Source of the DNA: Acidimicrobiia bacterium
GTDB lineage: Bacteria > Actinomycetota > Acidimicrobiia > Spongiisociales > JAHEDJ01
Direction: 5' to 3'
DNA: 48,833 bases
Assembly (NCBI GenBank): GCA_029210695.1
Contig: JARGFH010000005.1
Span: 1-48,833, forward strand
The notes beneath the pieces were generated by a model. The model saw nothing but the letters and a program-made list of their open reading frames with translations. It had not been told where the DNA came from and ran no database searches. This document shows positions 47,904 to 48,833 of the stretch, piece after piece. Each line of letters starts with the position of its first letter. Position 1 is the stretch's first letter. The translations under genes and the position numbers were made by a program.

Positions 47904-48711
47904 CCAACTGATCCTGGCTAGTGAATGCGATGTCGCCAACGAGGTGATCTGCGCCCCTGCCGACGTCAAAGAGCTCTTCGAGCTCCCCACCATCTTCCAC
48001 ATCGGCGAGCTCGCCATCACCCGAACCATTCTCCTGATCTTCCTGGCCGCCTTCATTGTGCTGGCCATTCTCTACTTCGGGCTCCGCAAAGGAAGCGTGG
48101 TCCCTTCCAAGTTTCAGGCCGTCGTCGAGAGCCTCGTCCAGTTCGTGCGGAAGGATGTGGCGGAAGACATCATCGGACCGGATGGCGTCAAGTACGCCCC
48201 CTACCTGACCGCCATGTTCCTGTTCCTGCTGGTCGGCAACCTCTTTGAGGTCACCCCGCTGGTCAACTTCCCGATCACCTCCCGGATGGCGATCCCCGCC
48301 TTTTTGGCCATCGTCACTTATGTGATCTTCGTGTTCGTCGGTTTCAAGAAGAACGGCTTCCGCTACCTCACCGACATCATTTGGCCCAAGTCGGTTCCCA
48401 TCGGGTTGCGCTGGCTGGTCGGCGTCATCGAGTTGTTTTCGACCTTCATTTTGCGGCCGCTCACCCTGGCGGTGCGGCTCTTCGCCAACCTGGTGGCCGG
48501 CCACCTCATGTTGACCCTGCTGCTCGGTTCCGGCGCCATCTTCATCTGGAACTTCGCCGATGCCGGCGCCAAGAGCCTGGTGGGCGTCGCCTGGTTCGCT
48601 TTCGGCCTCGGTATCTACCTGTTCGAGATCGTCGTGGCGGTTCTGCAGGCCTACATCTTCACGCTGTTATCCGCCGTCTACATTCAGTCTTCAGTTCACC
48701 CAGAGCACTAA
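47896..48711 (+). CDS. atpB: F0F1 ATP synthase subunit a
   Basis: VPSKFQ, RPLTLAVRLFANLVAGH, LQAYIFTLLSAVYI. Confidence 0.97.
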   Translation: MVDQLILASECDVANEVICAPADVKELFELPTIFHIGELAITRTILLIFLAAFIVLAILYFGLRKGSVVPSKFQAVVESLVQFVRKDVAEDIIGPDGVKYAPYLTAMFLFLLVGNLFEVTPLVNFPITSRMAIPAFLAIVTYVIFVFVGFKKNGFRYLTDIIWPKSVPIGLRWLVGVIELFSTFILRPLTLAVRLFANLVAGHLMLTLLLGSGAIFIWNFADAGAKSLVGVAWFAFGLGIYLFEIVVAVLQAYIFTLLSAVYIQSSVHPEH

Positions 48712-48725
48712 GGAGGAGAAGGGAA

Positions 48726-48833
48726 ATGGAAGGATCAATAGAGGTCCTCAAAGGAGGACTTGCCCTGATGGGGTACGGTCTCGCCGCCATCGGACCTGGC
48801 ATCGGCATCGGCATCGTGGTTGGCAATGCCATC
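48726..48833 (+). CDS. atpE: F0F1 ATP synthase subunit c (partial, runs off the window)
   Basis: AGGAGG RBS; MEGSIEVLKGGLALMGYGLAAIGPGIGIGIVVGNAI with the GxGxG motif; not in the ORF track. Confidence 0.92.
   Translation, partial: MEGSIEVLKGGLALMGYGLAAIGPGIGIGIVVGNAI

Overview
This is a GC-rich bacterial window, inferred to be from an actinobacterium (probably Acidimicrobiia) on the basis of pervasive leaderless TANNNT promoters, a DUF222-HNH gene, the UdgB/SufB/GlyA/AtpB types and the atpZ-atpI-atpB-atpE layout. The housekeeping backbone is a split suf system (sufB, then sufD-ferredoxin-sufC), fumC, gltBD, prmC, tsaC/sua5, galE, glyA and the start of the ATP synthase operon. Accessory genes and a very dense population of REP-like palindromic repeats interrupt it. 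Most notable observations: (1) two related TCGA-ended hairpins inserted at the same position of a different REP-like repeat; (2) a frameshifted DUF559 nuclease gene bracketed by directly repeated REP doublets, a possible non-RAYT REP-mobilising system; (3) an orphan degenerate ABC ATPase bracketed to within 1 nt by pairs of a third hairpin family; (4) two secreted vWA proteins plus a relic sharing a C-terminal domain I do not recognise, ending CLVPPxPK; (5) a shared 26-bp imperfect palindrome before both halves of the split suf operon; (6) a Rex-type box stranded about 550 bp upstream of the atp operon; (7) a RecA-NDp/PafBC-type promoter on the HNH gene. There is a 96-N assembly gap at 46863-46958. 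No rRNA, tRNA, CRISPR array or intact transposase was seen. All family calls come from motif recognition by eye, not database searches.
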